DNA of 44,890 bases from Acidimicrobiia bacterium (lineage in GTDB: Bacteria; Actinomycetota; Acidimicrobiia; IMCC26256; BP-133): contig DASYFF010000096.1 in NCBI GenBank assembly GCA_036498605.1, forward strand, positions 1 through 44,890, read 5' to 3'. This document shows positions 19,712 through 29,143 of this stretch, piece after piece. Position 1 is the stretch's first letter; the number at the start of each line of letters is the position of its first letter. A program made the translations under genes and the position numbers. The notes below the pieces were generated by a model, which saw nothing but the letters and a program-made list of their open reading frames with translations, had not been told where the DNA came from and ran no database searches.

Positions 19712-20014
19712 TCAGCCCTTGGAGATCCCGGTGATCTCGATCGTCGTGTAGTGCTGGCGGTGACCCCAGTGGCGGCGCTGGTTCGTCTTGTTCTTGTAGG
19801 TGAACCCGTTGATCTTCGGGCCCTTGGCCTCGCCCACCACCCGGGCGGTGACCGAGGCCCCCGACAGCTGGGCGGGGGTGGACAGCACGTCGGACCCGTC
19901 GACCACGAGGACCGGCGCCAGCGTGACGGTCTCGCCCGGGACGCGCTCGATGTCGAGCCGCTCCCCCTCGGACACCCGGTACTGCTTCCCGCCCGTCTTG
20001 ATCACCGCGTACAT
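19712..20014 (-). CDS. rplU: 50S ribosomal protein L21
   Basis: 100 aa from ATG 20014, [20 protein letters not shown]... The same frame is open upstream into rne (see findings). Confidence 0.95.
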   Translation of the reverse strand: MYAVIKTGGKQYRVSEGERLDIERVPGETVTLAPVLVVDGSDVLSTPAQLSGASVTARVVGEAKGPKINGFTYKNKTNQRRHWGHRQHYTTIEITGISKG

Positions 20015-20069
20015 GCGCGTCACACCCCGCAGAAGCCGAATTCGGAAGTTGGAATCGTAACAGCTGAGC

Positions 20070-22444
20070 CTAGAGAAGCGTGTCGTCGAGGATGATGCCC
20101 CGGCTTCGCAAACGGTGCAGGTGGTGGAGAACGCCTCGACGAGGCCCTCGGAGATCCGCTTGCGGGTCATCTCGACCAGGCCGAGCTCGGAGATGTCGAA
20201 GACCTGGGTGCGGGTCTTGTCCCGGGCCAGGGCCTCCTTGAACTTCCGGAGGACCTCCTCCCGGTTCTTCCTGATCTCCATGTCGATGAAGTCGATGACG
20301 ATGATCCCGCCGATGTCCCGCAGCCGCAGCTGGCGGGCCACCTCCTCGGCCGCTTCCAGGTTGTTGGCGAAGACGGTCTCCTCCAGGTTGGACCGGCCGA
20401 CGTTCTTGGCCGTGTTGACGTCGATGACGGTGAGGGCCTCGGTCCGCTCGATGATGATCGAGCCCCCCGACGGCAGCCACACCTTGCGCTCCAGGGCTTT
20501 GTGGAGCTGCTCGTGGACGTGGTAGCGCTCGAAGATCGGCAGCGGATCCTGGTAGAGCTCGACCCGGTCGGCCAGCTCGGGGGTGATGGCCTCCACGTAG
20601 CGGCGGATCTCCTCGTACAGCGCCGGGTCGTCGATGATCACGCCCCGGTACTCCTTGTTGAACTCCTCCCGGATGACCCGGATGGCCAGGTCGGGTTCCT
20701 GGTGGAGCAGCAGCGCCGGCCGGCTGCGGGCCGCCCGCTTGGAGATGTCCTCCCACTGGGCCGAGAGACGCCTGAGGTCGCGGGCCAGTTCGTCGGCGCT
20801 GGCGCCGTCGGCCGCGGTGCGGACGATGAGCCCGTTCTCCGCCGGCCGGATCTCGTCGAGGATCTTGCGGAGCCGCTTGCGCTCGTCGTCGGACAGGCGC
20901 TTGGAGATGCCGTAGGTGCCCGGCTGGTTGGGGATCATGACCACGAACCGGCCCGCCAGGCTGACCTCCTGGGTGAGCCGGGCGCCCTTGGTCCCGATGG
21001 GGTTCTTCGTCACCTGGACGATCACCGGCTGGCCGTTGCGCAGCAGCCGCTCGATCTTGGGCCGGCGGCCCTCGATCTCCGTCTCGTCGAAGACCACGTC
21101 GTCCCGGTAGAGCACGCCGTTCTTCGGCGTGCCGATGTCGACGAAGGCCGCCTCCATCCCGGGGAGGACGTTCTGGACCTTCCCGAGGTAGATGTTCCCG
21201 TCGATCTGGGTCGTCGTGTCGGTCGGCCGGGACACGTAGTGCTCGACCAGGCTCCGGCCCTCGAGGACGGCCACCTGGGTGGCCACGCCGGGCCGGGCCG
21301 AGACGCACATCAGGTAGCGCCCGGTGGGGCGGCCCTTGCGGGTGCGGCCCCGGCGGCGTTCGAGGGCCGCCTCGTCGAGCTCGTCGAGCATCGCCTCGAC
21401 TTCCGACTGGCGGGTCTTCTCGGCCGAAGTAGCCGATCCGCCCCGGCCCCGGGACCGCCCGCCTCCTGAGGCGGGGGTGGCCGGAGCGGCGGTCGGGGTG
21501 GCCGTGGCGCCGGTGGTGCCACCGCTTCCCCCGGACCCTGCCCGGCCGCGACCCCGGCTGCGACGCCGGCGGGTGGAGTTCGTCGGGGCGGCGCCGTCTC
21601 CGTCGCCTGACCCCGACTGGGAGGTGCGAGCGCCCGCGGCGGGAGTAGGAGCGGCCGGCGCAGAGATCTCGAGTGAAGCGGACGCCGAGGCGGCGGCGGC
21701 CCGGGACCGCCCGCCACCCGGAGCCGGGGTCGACCGGGCCCGACCACCGGACTGGGTGGGGGCGCCCTCGGTGTCGTCGCCGGCGGAACGGCCCGCCGCG
21801 GCCGGCTTCTCGGCCGCCGCCGGGTTGACCCGCCGCCGACCCGAGCCCGCCCCGGTCCTCTCGGTCGCCGACGACTCCGACGCACCCGCTTCGTCGTCCG
21901 GGGCGGCGGCGCCGCCGGGGGTCCGACCCGACGACCGTCCGGACCGGTTGCCACTCCGCCCGTCGGCCGAGGGACCGGAATCGGATTCCTCGGCCGGCCC
22001 GGGCGCCGTGGCGCCGCCCTCGGGCGCGCCGGCCGGGCCCGGCCGGCCGGGCAGGGAAACCTCCCGGGGGCCGGACGGTTCGTCGGCCTCGGCCGCTTCG
22101 GCGGCGCCGCCGCCGGCCCGGGAGCCGGAGCGGGACCGTCCGCCGCCGGCCCGGGCGCCGCCCTCGGCCGGGGCCTTTTCGGTCAGGTCGACGGCGTCGT
22201 CGCCGTCATCATCGGAGTCGTCGCTGTCGTCGGCGTCGGAGGAGTCAGCCGAGCCGGGACCGGCCGATGACGGACGGCGCCGGTTGCGGCCACCCCGCGA
22301 CCCCCGTCGCCGTCGTTTGCGGACGACCACAGCGTCCTCGCCGCCCCCTGCCGGGGCCGGCCCTCCCTCGCCCTGCTCCGGCCGCGCAACGGCAACCGGT
22401 TCGTCGGAGGCCGGGCGGGCCTCCGGAACGGTCTCGTCGGACAT
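20070..22444 (-). CDS. rne: Ribonuclease E/G family (Rne) with apparent 1-nt frameshift about 10 codons before the stop
   Basis: Start ATG 22444 (MSDETVPEARP...) preceded by GAGGAAAGG. About 400 aa of Arg/Ser/Gly/Pro/Asp-rich disordered N-terminus, then an S1 and RNase E/G catalytic domain (GNIYLGKVQNVLPGMEAAFVDIG...). The Zn-link CTVCE(G)RGIILDDTLL* is only restored by shifting frame near 20100-20105, with stop TAG 20072-20070. Confidence 0.85.
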
Positions 22445-22855
22445 AAAACCCTTTCCTCGTGCTGCGCGCCGAAGCGGCGCGCCAGCGCCCGCCGGCCGAC
22501 ACAGGGGTCGGCGCGGGGGGCGGAGCCGAATGGTGTGGGGCGCCTCCGGCGCCCTGATCGATCTGGTCAAACTTTGGGACGTGACGAGTTCGGAGCGACG
22601 TCGCTCGGATCCACCCACCGGCCGCCATCACACGCAGCCATCCGGCCAGAAGGGCCACGGTGAGGGCCGCTCCGGCGGCCGTCGCGGGCAGGCGCGTCCC
22701 GCGGGGAGCAGGCGCTGCTGGCCGGACCGGGCGCCGAACCGTCAGCGGGGAAGGGCGGGCAGCAGGGCTTTCGCTGCCACGACCCGCCCCGGTGAACCGG
22801 GCGGGCTGGATCGCCTCGGCCAGCAGCGGTTCAGTCCGCGGCCGGAGGGTCTTCA

Positions 22856-24061
22856 TCACGTTGTGACCAGTCTAGCGGGAGGGAGAAGGGCCGCCCCAGT
22901 GGCTCTCGGGCACCTGGGAGGTTCACAAGCCCTCCCGCGAGGCGCACGACTTGCCGCATTGGCGGCCAGACCGACCGCCGCGAAGCAGGCCAGCATCGAC
23001 GACCCGCCGTAGCTGAGGAACGGCAGCGGGATCCCGGTGATGGGCGTGATCCCCATCGTCATACCGACGTTCTCGGTCACCTGGAAGACCAGCATGGCCA
23101 GCGCTCCGGCGCAGCACAGGGCCCCGAAGGGGTCCCTCGAGCGCCAGGCGGCCCGCCAGATGCGCCAGGCCAGCAGGGCGAAGAGCCCGAGCACCGTGGC
23201 TCCCCCGAGGAGGCCGAGCTCCTCCCCCACCACGGTGAAGACGAAGTCGGTGTGCTGCTCGGGCACGTAGGCCAGCCGGGTCTGGCTTCCGGAGAAGAGG
23301 CCCTCGCCGGCGATCCCCCCCGAGCCGATGGCGATCTTGGCCTGTTCGAGGTTCCAGGTGGCGCCCCGGGAGTCGTGCGACTGATGGAGGAAGCTGGTCA
23401 GGCGCTCGACCTGGTACGGCGCCAGAAGCCCGCCCCGCAGCACGCCGGCCACGGCCAGCACGCCGAGCAGCCCCAGGAGGGCCAGATGGCGGGCCCGGGC
23501 CCCGGCCACGGCCACGACCCCGGCCGCGAGGCTCACGAGGACCATGGCGGTCCCGAGGTCGGGCTGGAGGAACACGAGCCCGACCGGCAGCGCCAGCAGC
23601 ACCAGCCCGCCCATCAGGCGCCGCCCGTCGAGCGGCCCGCCGGCCCGGGCGCCGTGGGCGGCCAGCGCCACGACGAGAACCGGCTTGATCAGCTCGGCCG
23701 GCTGCAGCGCCAGCGGGCCGAGGCTGAACCAGGCCTGGGCCCCGTTCGTGCGGGCCCCGAGCGGGCTGAGGACGAGCAGGAGGCCGCCGAGCCCGGCCAG
23801 GTACAGCAGGTTGGCCCGCCGCCGCACCCGCTCGAGGTCGACCACGGCGGCCGCCGACATGACCACGATCCCGACGGCGACCCACAGCAGCTGCCGGGCG
23901 GGAAAGGCCAGGCCGTGGCGGCGGGTCGCCGCCCCGACGAGCACCACGCTGAGCCCGGCCAGGCCCCCGGCACTGCCGATGAGGACGGGATCGTGCCCGG
24001 AGACCCGGCGCCGGATCCGCCGCCGAACCCGCCGGACCCGGCCCCGCCCCACCCCGATCAT
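22856..24061 (-). CDS. rodA: Rod shape-determining protein RodA (SEDS family)
   Basis: 401 aa. SEDS pattern LALQPAELIKP, PEQHTDFVFTVVGEELG, PLPFLSYGGSS. ATG overlaps the mrdA stop (ATGA). Confidence 0.9.
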   Translation of the reverse strand: MIGVGRGRVRRVRRRIRRRVSGHDPVLIGSAGGLAGLSVVLVGAATRRHGLAFPARQLLWVAVGIVVMSAAAVVDLERVRRRANLLYLAGLGGLLLVLSPLGARTNGAQAWFSLGPLALQPAELIKPVLVVALAAHGARAGGPLDGRRLMGGLVLLALPVGLVFLQPDLGTAMVLVSLAAGVVAVAGARARHLALLGLLGVLAVAGVLRGGLLAPYQVERLTSFLHQSHDSRGATWNLEQAKIAIGSGGIAGEGLFSGSQTRLAYVPEQHTDFVFTVVGEELGLLGGATVLGLFALLAWRIWRAAWRSRDPFGALCCAGALAMLVFQVTENVGMTMGITPITGIPLPFLSYGGSSMLACFAAVGLAANAASRAPRGRACEPPRCPRATGAALLPPARLVTT

Positions 24062-25896
24062 CGCCGCTCGCCGGTCAGGACCCCGAGCACGCGCCGGACG
24101 ATGGGGGCGGCCACGGCCGAGCCGAAACCCGCCTCCTCGACCACGGCGGCCACCACGTACCGGGGGTGGTCGGCGGGGGCCACCGCCACGAACAGGGACG
24201 TGTCGGCTTTGCCGATCACCTGGGCCGTGCCCGTCTTGCCCTCGACCGGCACCCGATCGAGCGGGAACCCGGCGAACGCCTCCGCCGCCGTCCCTTCTCG
24301 GCTGGACACCGCCCCCTGCAACCCCGCCAGCACCGCCTGCCGCGCCCCCTCGTCAATCCCCGCCGACGCCCGCCCGGCAGTTGGACCGACGCCGGGATCC
24401 ACGACGTGCGGGGTCGGTGGCACCTGCCCGGTGGCCAGGGCCGCATAGGCCCGGGCCAGCTGGAGGGGGGTGACGAGCACGTCGCCCTGTCCGATGGCCA
24501 GATTCACGTTGTCGCCGGGATACCACCGCCCATCGGGGACGTCCGCCGGCCACCGCCTCTGCGCCGCCCGGCGATCCGCCGGGCCCGGGATCCGCCCCGC
24601 GGCCTCGGGCCCGATGTCGATCCCGGTGACCCGCCCGAGGCCGAGCCGGCCGGCGATGTCCTGGATGGGCCCGTCCCGCGCCCCGTCCGGCGGGCCGGCG
24701 TAGAGCCGGTCGCCGAGGCCGTAGAAGTAGACATCGCTCGACACGGCCAGCGCCCGGGCCAGGTCGACCTTGCCGTGGGCCTTCCCCTGGGCGTTCTGCA
24801 ACAGCCGGCCGCCGAGCCGGTAGGTGCCGCGGTCGTCGACCACCGTGGCCGGGGTGATCAGCCCCGCCCGCAGGCCGGCGAGGGCCGTGACGGGTTTGAA
24901 GGTCGAGCCGGGGGCGTAGAGGCCCTGGAGGGCCCGGTTCGTCAGCGGGGCGTGGGCGGCAGGGTCGTGGAGGGCGGCCCAGGTGGCAGCCGGGATCCGA
25001 CCGGCCAGCGCCGCCGGTTCGAAGGTCGGCGCCGAGGCCAGGGCCAGGACGGACCCGTCCTGCACGTCGAGGGCCACGACCGCCCCGCCGGGGGCGGGGC
25101 TGCCGGCACCGCCTGGGACGCCGGCCCGGGCCGCCGCCATCCCGTCGGCCAGGGCCTGCTCGGCCACGGTCTGGACGTCGAGGTCGAGCGTGAGGCGCAC
25201 GTCGTGCCCGGCCGTCGCCGCCCGCCCGCCTACGGCGCCCATCGGTCGTCCGGCGCTGTCGACCTCGATCCGGGTCTCGCCGGGGACGCCGGCCAGCACG
25301 GCGTCCTCGGCCGCCTCGACCCCGCTGGCGCCGGCCCGCCCCGGCCGCCCGGGGCCGGGCGATCCGCCGAGCATGCCCAGCACGTGGGCGGCCAACCGGC
25401 CCTGCGGGTAGCGCCGGACCGGATGGGCGTCGATCTCGATGCCGGGAAACTCGACCCCTCGCTCCCGGAGGGCGACCACCAGGTCGTCGGGCGCGTCGTC
25501 GACCAGCGTGGCGGGGACGAGCCGGTCCCCCGCCGCGCTGACCGCCCGCCGGTTGAGCTCGGCGACCGGCAGGCCGAGGACGGGCGCCAGCCGCTCGAGG
25601 AGCGCCCGCCGCCGCGCGGCCGACAGGCGCCGGTCGAGCCGCACCCGCCACGCCGACCCGGAGTCGGCCAGCACCCGGCCCGCCCGATCGAGGATCCGCC
25701 CCCGCGGTGCCTCCAGCGACACCACGCGCAACCGGTTGGCCTCCGCCCGGGCGGCGTAGGCCGGCCGCTCGGCGACCTGCAGGTGGACCAGACGGGCCAG
25801 CAGCGTGGCGAAGCAGCAGACGGTCACCAACCCGGCCACCACCATGCGCCGCCGCCGCCGGACCAGGCCGGAAGCCGGAACCCGCCGCCGCTTCAT
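24058..25896 (-). CDS. mrdA: Penicillin-binding protein 2 (class B transpeptidase)
   Basis: Track ORF 24058..26376; preferred start is ATG 25896 (MKRRRVPASG... plus TM helix). SxxK GSTFKP and KTG GKTGTAQ motifs. Confidence 0.9.
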   Translation of the reverse strand: MKRRRVPASGLVRRRRRMVVAGLVTVCCFATLLARLVHLQVAERPAYAARAEANRLRVVSLEAPRGRILDRAGRVLADSGSAWRVRLDRRLSAARRRALLERLAPVLGLPVAELNRRAVSAAGDRLVPATLVDDAPDDLVVALRERGVEFPGIEIDAHPVRRYPQGRLAAHVLGMLGGSPGPGRPGRAGASGVEAAEDAVLAGVPGETRIEVDSAGRPMGAVGGRAATAGHDVRLTLDLDVQTVAEQALADGMAAARAGVPGGAGSPAPGGAVVALDVQDGSVLALASAPTFEPAALAGRIPAATWAALHDPAAHAPLTNRALQGLYAPGSTFKPVTALAGLRAGLITPATVVDDRGTYRLGGRLLQNAQGKAHGKVDLARALAVSSDVYFYGLGDRLYAGPPDGARDGPIQDIAGRLGLGRVTGIDIGPEAAGRIPGPADRRAAQRRWPADVPDGRWYPGDNVNLAIGQGDVLVTPLQLARAYAALATGQVPPTPHVVDPGVGPTAGRASAGIDEGARQAVLAGLQGAVSSREGTAAEAFAGFPLDRVPVEGKTGTAQVIGKADTSLFVAVAPADHPRYVVAAVVEEAGFGSAVAAPIVRRVLGVLTGERR

Positions 25897-26621
25897 CGGC
25901 CCGCACTCCCATTCACCCGGCGCACGGCGGCGAAGACCGGCGGGCCCAGCGGGGCCGAGATCACAGCCGCCGCTGCGATCCGGAGGAGGCCGGTGACGGG
26001 CGGGAACGGCACACCGGCCAGGCCGGTCGCCACCATTGCCGTCGCCAGGCGGCCGGCGGCCACGCCGATGAGGCTCAGCGCCACCGCTCGGCGCCGCGCC
26101 TCCCGCCGGGCCGACTGCTGGCGGCGCACCCGACCGGTAGGGCCGGAATGGGCCCGGGAGCGGAGGGGCCGGCCTGTCCGGCAGGCGAAGCAGGTCGATT
26201 CCGGCCGGCAGAGGGCGGCGGCGGTGCCGGCGGCCGGCGGGCGCCGGCACCGACCGAGGAGGTGACCGACGACGGTGAAGGCCAGCGCCGCCGTCCCCAG
26301 CGGCGTCGCCCGGAAGAGGTCGGCCCCGAGGCCGGCGGCGAACCCGAACGCCGCTCCCGCCCGCGGCCCCCGGCACATGGCCACCGCCGCCACGGTGACG
26401 AGCATCGCCTCCGGCGCCACCCCGCCCACGGCCAGGTGCGATGCCACTGCCACCTGGCCGACCAGGGCCGTCAGGAGCACGGCGCCGAGCGGCGCGACCC
26501 GCCGGGCGGTCACCACCCGCTCACCGACCAGAGCCGCGAGGCCGAGCCCACCGTGACCGAGCCGCCCTTCCCCGGCGGGAGAAGCCTCCACCCAGCGGCG
26601 GGCGACGGCCGGTGCCGTCAT
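25893..26621 (-). CDS. mreD: Rod shape-determining protein MreD (with an unusually long basic, Cys-containing loop)
   Basis: 242 aa from ATG 26621, which overlaps the mreC stop (ATGA). Hydrophobic helices flank an insert of about 55 aa (GRCRRPPAAG...CRPESTCFACRTGRPLRSRAH...). Position between mreC and mrdA supports the call. Confidence 0.7.
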   Translation of the reverse strand: MTAPAVARRWVEASPAGEGRLGHGGLGLAALVGERVVTARRVAPLGAVLLTALVGQVAVASHLAVGGVAPEAMLVTVAAVAMCRGPRAGAAFGFAAGLGADLFRATPLGTAALAFTVVGHLLGRCRRPPAAGTAAALCRPESTCFACRTGRPLRSRAHSGPTGRVRRQQSARREARRRAVALSLIGVAAGRLATAMVATGLAGVPFPPVTGLLRIAAAAVISAPLGPPVFAAVRRVNGSAGR

Positions 26622-27532
26622 GGCTCGGGCCTCCAGCGGAGGACCTTCACCACTTCGAGGCGGTCGGGCGGGGCGAAGGGCTCGACGCCGAGATGCCCTC
26701 GGGAGCCGGTGACCCGCCCCACCGGCAGCCCGGCCGGGAACAGGCTGTGGCGGAGCCCAGACGTCACGGCGAGGTCCCCGCTGCTGACCGGGGCGTTCGG
26801 GTCGAGCAGGTCGAGCCGGAGACCGGGCCCGCCCCGCCCCTGCGCCACCCCCGCCGGCCCGGCGCCACTCGCTCCGGGGGTCGGCGGGACGGGTGCCACG
26901 GCATGGATGCCGACCGCCGATGTGGCGGCGGTGACGGGCAGGACGATGCTCTGGCCCGGCCCGACCTCCAGGATCCGGCCGACGAGCCCGCCGGCGGCCA
27001 CCACGGGCATGCCGACGCCGATCCCGTCGTGGCTCCCCCGGTCGAGCACGACCGTCGCGCCGGAACCGGGCCCCCCGGTCGAGACGACCCGGGCCGCGAC
27101 GCCGTCGCCTCCGGCCGGTCCGTCGAGATGGAGCAGTGCCGCCAGCCGGGCGTTCTCGGCTTCCAGGGCGGCGGCCCGGGCGGCCTGTGACCCGGCCTCC
27201 TCCCGTCGGCGGGCCGCCTCCGCCCGGGCGCGGGTCAGCTCCCCGCCCCGGTGGAAGCCGGCCCCGATGGCCCCCAGCGGCCGGAACGCTGCCGCCCCGG
27301 CCGCCTCCACCGGCACGAACGCCCCCCGGGTCACCGCCCGCAGGCTGCCGAGCGGGCCGACCAGGAGCCCACCGGGCCGCCCGACCAGGATCAGCGACAA
27401 CGCCGCTGCGACCAGCACGGCCACCAGCGGGGGCCGCACGGCCAGGGGCCGCTCGCCCCCTCGGCCGGCCGCCGGCCGGAAGGACGGAGGGTGGGTGGCG
27501 GGCACCGGCCGGCCACACCTCCCCCCGATCAC
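26618..27532 (-). CDS. mreC: Rod shape-determining protein MreC
   Basis: 304 aa, GTG start overlapping the mreB stop (GTGA). TM helix, coiled coil (RARAEAARRREEAGSQAARAAALEAENARLAALL), and beta-barrel motifs DRGSHDGIGVGMPVV, GLVGRI, FPAGLPVGRV. Confidence 0.88.
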   Translation of the reverse strand: MIGGRCGRPVPATHPPSFRPAAGRGGERPLAVRPPLVAVLVAAALSLILVGRPGGLLVGPLGSLRAVTRGAFVPVEAAGAAAFRPLGAIGAGFHRGGELTRARAEAARRREEAGSQAARAAALEAENARLAALLHLDGPAGGDGVAARVVSTGGPGSGATVVLDRGSHDGIGVGMPVVAAGGLVGRILEVGPGQSIVLPVTAATSAVGIHAVAPVPPTPGASGAGPAGVAQGRGGPGLRLDLLDPNAPVSSGDLAVTSGLRHSLFPAGLPVGRVTGSRGHLGVEPFAPPDRLEVVKVLRWRPEP

Positions 27533-28578
27533 AACTGGCTCACGTCGACGAGGACGTTGCGACAGGCCTCGAGGTTGGCCAGGCAGTGGCCGGCGCCCCG
27601 GGCCACGGCGTGGAGCGGGTTGCCGTTGATCATGACCGGCAGGCCGGTCTCGTCGGCCAGCCGCTGGTCGAGCCCCCGCAGCAGCGCCCCGCCGCCGCAG
27701 AGGGCGATGCCGTGCTCCATGACGTCGGCGGCCAACTCCGGGGGCGTGGCGTCGATCACGTCCTTCAGGGCGTCGACCACGGCCACCACCGGCCCTTCGA
27801 GCGCCTCCCGGATCTCGACCGTCGACGTCATGACCGTGCGGGGGAGGCCGGTCACCAGGTCGCGGCCCCGAATCTCGGCGTCGTAGTCGTCAGGGGCGTC
27901 GCGGCGGGCGGCCCGGGCCGCCTCCGGCCGGGCCGGGCCGGCCGAGCCGACCTGGATCTTGAGCTCCTCGGCGGTGCGCTCCCCGAGCGCCACCCCCTGC
28001 TCCTTCTTGAAGTAGTCGACGATGGCCTCGTCGAAGTCGGCCCCGCCGAGGGGCACCGACTTGCGGGCCACCACCCCGCCCAGCGACAGGACGGCGACCT
28101 CAGTCCGCCCGCCGCCGACCACGACGACCATGCTCCCCCGGGCGTCGTGGATCGGGAGACCGACCCCGAGGGCGGCGGCGATGTGGGCCTCGACCAGGTC
28201 GACGGGACGGCGCCCGCCGGCCTCCTCGGCCGCCTCCTGCACCGCCCGCTGCTCGACTGGATCGAGCCCCGACGGCACCACCACGAGCAGCTTGGGCCGG
28301 GACCACCGCCGGGCCTGCACCTGCAGGAGCATGTAGCGCAGCATCCGGGTGCAGACGTCGAGATCGGTGATCACGCCGTGCTGCAGCGGCCGCACGACCT
28401 CGATCGACGCCGGAGTCCGCCCCAGCATGTGCCGGGCCTCGGCGCCGACGGCCACCGGCCGTCCGTCGTCCGTGGTGAGGGCGACCAGCGACGGCTCCTC
28501 CAGCACCACGCCGCGCCCGGGGACGAACACGGTCGTCGTCGTTGTCCCCAGATCAATAGCCGTGGCCCGACCCTCCAT
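27529..28578 (-). CDS. mreB: Rod shape-determining protein MreB
   Basis: 349 aa. Actin-fold motifs AIDLGTTTT, PLQHGVITD, VVVVGGGRTEVAVLS, IALCGGGALLRGLD. Confidence 0.95.
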   Translation of the reverse strand: MEGRATAIDLGTTTTTVFVPGRGVVLEEPSLVALTTDDGRPVAVGAEARHMLGRTPASIEVVRPLQHGVITDLDVCTRMLRYMLLQVQARRWSRPKLLVVVPSGLDPVEQRAVQEAAEEAGGRRPVDLVEAHIAAALGVGLPIHDARGSMVVVVGGGRTEVAVLSLGGVVARKSVPLGGADFDEAIVDYFKKEQGVALGERTAEELKIQVGSAGPARPEAARAARRDAPDDYDAEIRGRDLVTGLPRTVMTSTVEIREALEGPVVAVVDALKDVIDATPPELAADVMEHGIALCGGGALLRGLDQRLADETGLPVMINGNPLHAVARGAGHCLANLEACRNVLVDVSQL

Positions 28579-28650
28579 CAGCCTGTCCTCCGCCCGAGGC
28601 CAAACTTGCCGGGGTCTGGGGGGAACCCCCAGAAGTTAATAACAGAGGTG

Positions 28651-28679
28651 AGATTACACACCTGTCATTCCCGCCTCAA
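28651..28679 (-). promoter_or_regulatory. Candidate sigma-A type promoter for the mreBCD-mrdA-rodA operon
   Basis: The only AT-rich patch in the ndk-mreB spacer. The minus strand reads TTGAGG-N17-TAATCT (the -10 fits TANNNT), about 70 nt upstream of the mreB ATG. Identified by eye only. Confidence 0.3.
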
Positions 28680-28719
28680 GCCAGCCGACGGAGGGTGACG
28701 GCGGCGGCTGCGGGGAGCG

Positions 28720-29133
28720 TCAGAAATCGAAGAAGAGGCCGATCTCCCGGGCGGCGGACTCGGGCGAGTCGGAGCCATGGACGAGGTTCTCGGTCAGCTC
28801 GACGGCCAGGTCGCCCCGGATCGTGCCCGGCCCCGCCTGTCGGGGGTTGGTGGCACCCATCAGGGTGCGCACCACGGAGAACGCCTCGGGCCCCTCCACC
28901 ACCATCAGCACGGCCGGCCCGCGGGTGATGAAGGCGACGAGATCGTCGTAGAACGGCTTGCCCTGGTGCTCGCCGTAGTGCTGCCCGGCGGTCTCCTTGG
29001 AGATCGTCTCCATCCGCATGGCGGCGATGCGCAGACCCTTGCGCTCCAGCCGGGAGACGATCTCCCCCACCAGGCGGCGCTCGACGGCGTCGGGCTTGCA
29101 GATCACCAGGGTGCGGTCGCCAGTCGTCGTCAT
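28720..29133 (-). CDS. ndk: Nucleoside diphosphate kinase
   Basis: 137 aa. [16 protein letters not shown], and NLVHGSDS (catalytic His). Confidence 0.96.
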   Translation of the reverse strand: MTTTGDRTLVICKPDAVERRLVGEIVSRLERKGLRIAAMRMETISKETAGQHYGEHQGKPFYDDLVAFITRGPAVLMVVEGPEAFSVVRTLMGATNPRQAGPGTIRGDLAVELTENLVHGSDSPESAAREIGLFFDF

Positions 29134-29143
29134 GGCCGGAACC

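Noticed and set aside
19712-22618. Treating the 968-aa ORF as one native Rne-L21 protein starting at 22618.
   Set aside because: L21 has its own ATG (20014). The best rne start is ATG 22444 with a good SD. The link between the two is best explained by a 1-nt indel that removes the Zn-link tail and its stop (reported as a finding rather than a gene model).
24166-27629. Long plus-strand ORFs (24166..26265 and 25707..27629) opposite mrdA, mreD and mreC, plus alternative minus frames (24353..25912 and 25893..27518 upstream of 26621).
   Set aside because: Arg/Pro-rich shadow or alternative frames. Only the frames called as mrdA, mreD and mreC contain SxxK/KTG motifs, TM helices and the MreC coiled coil.
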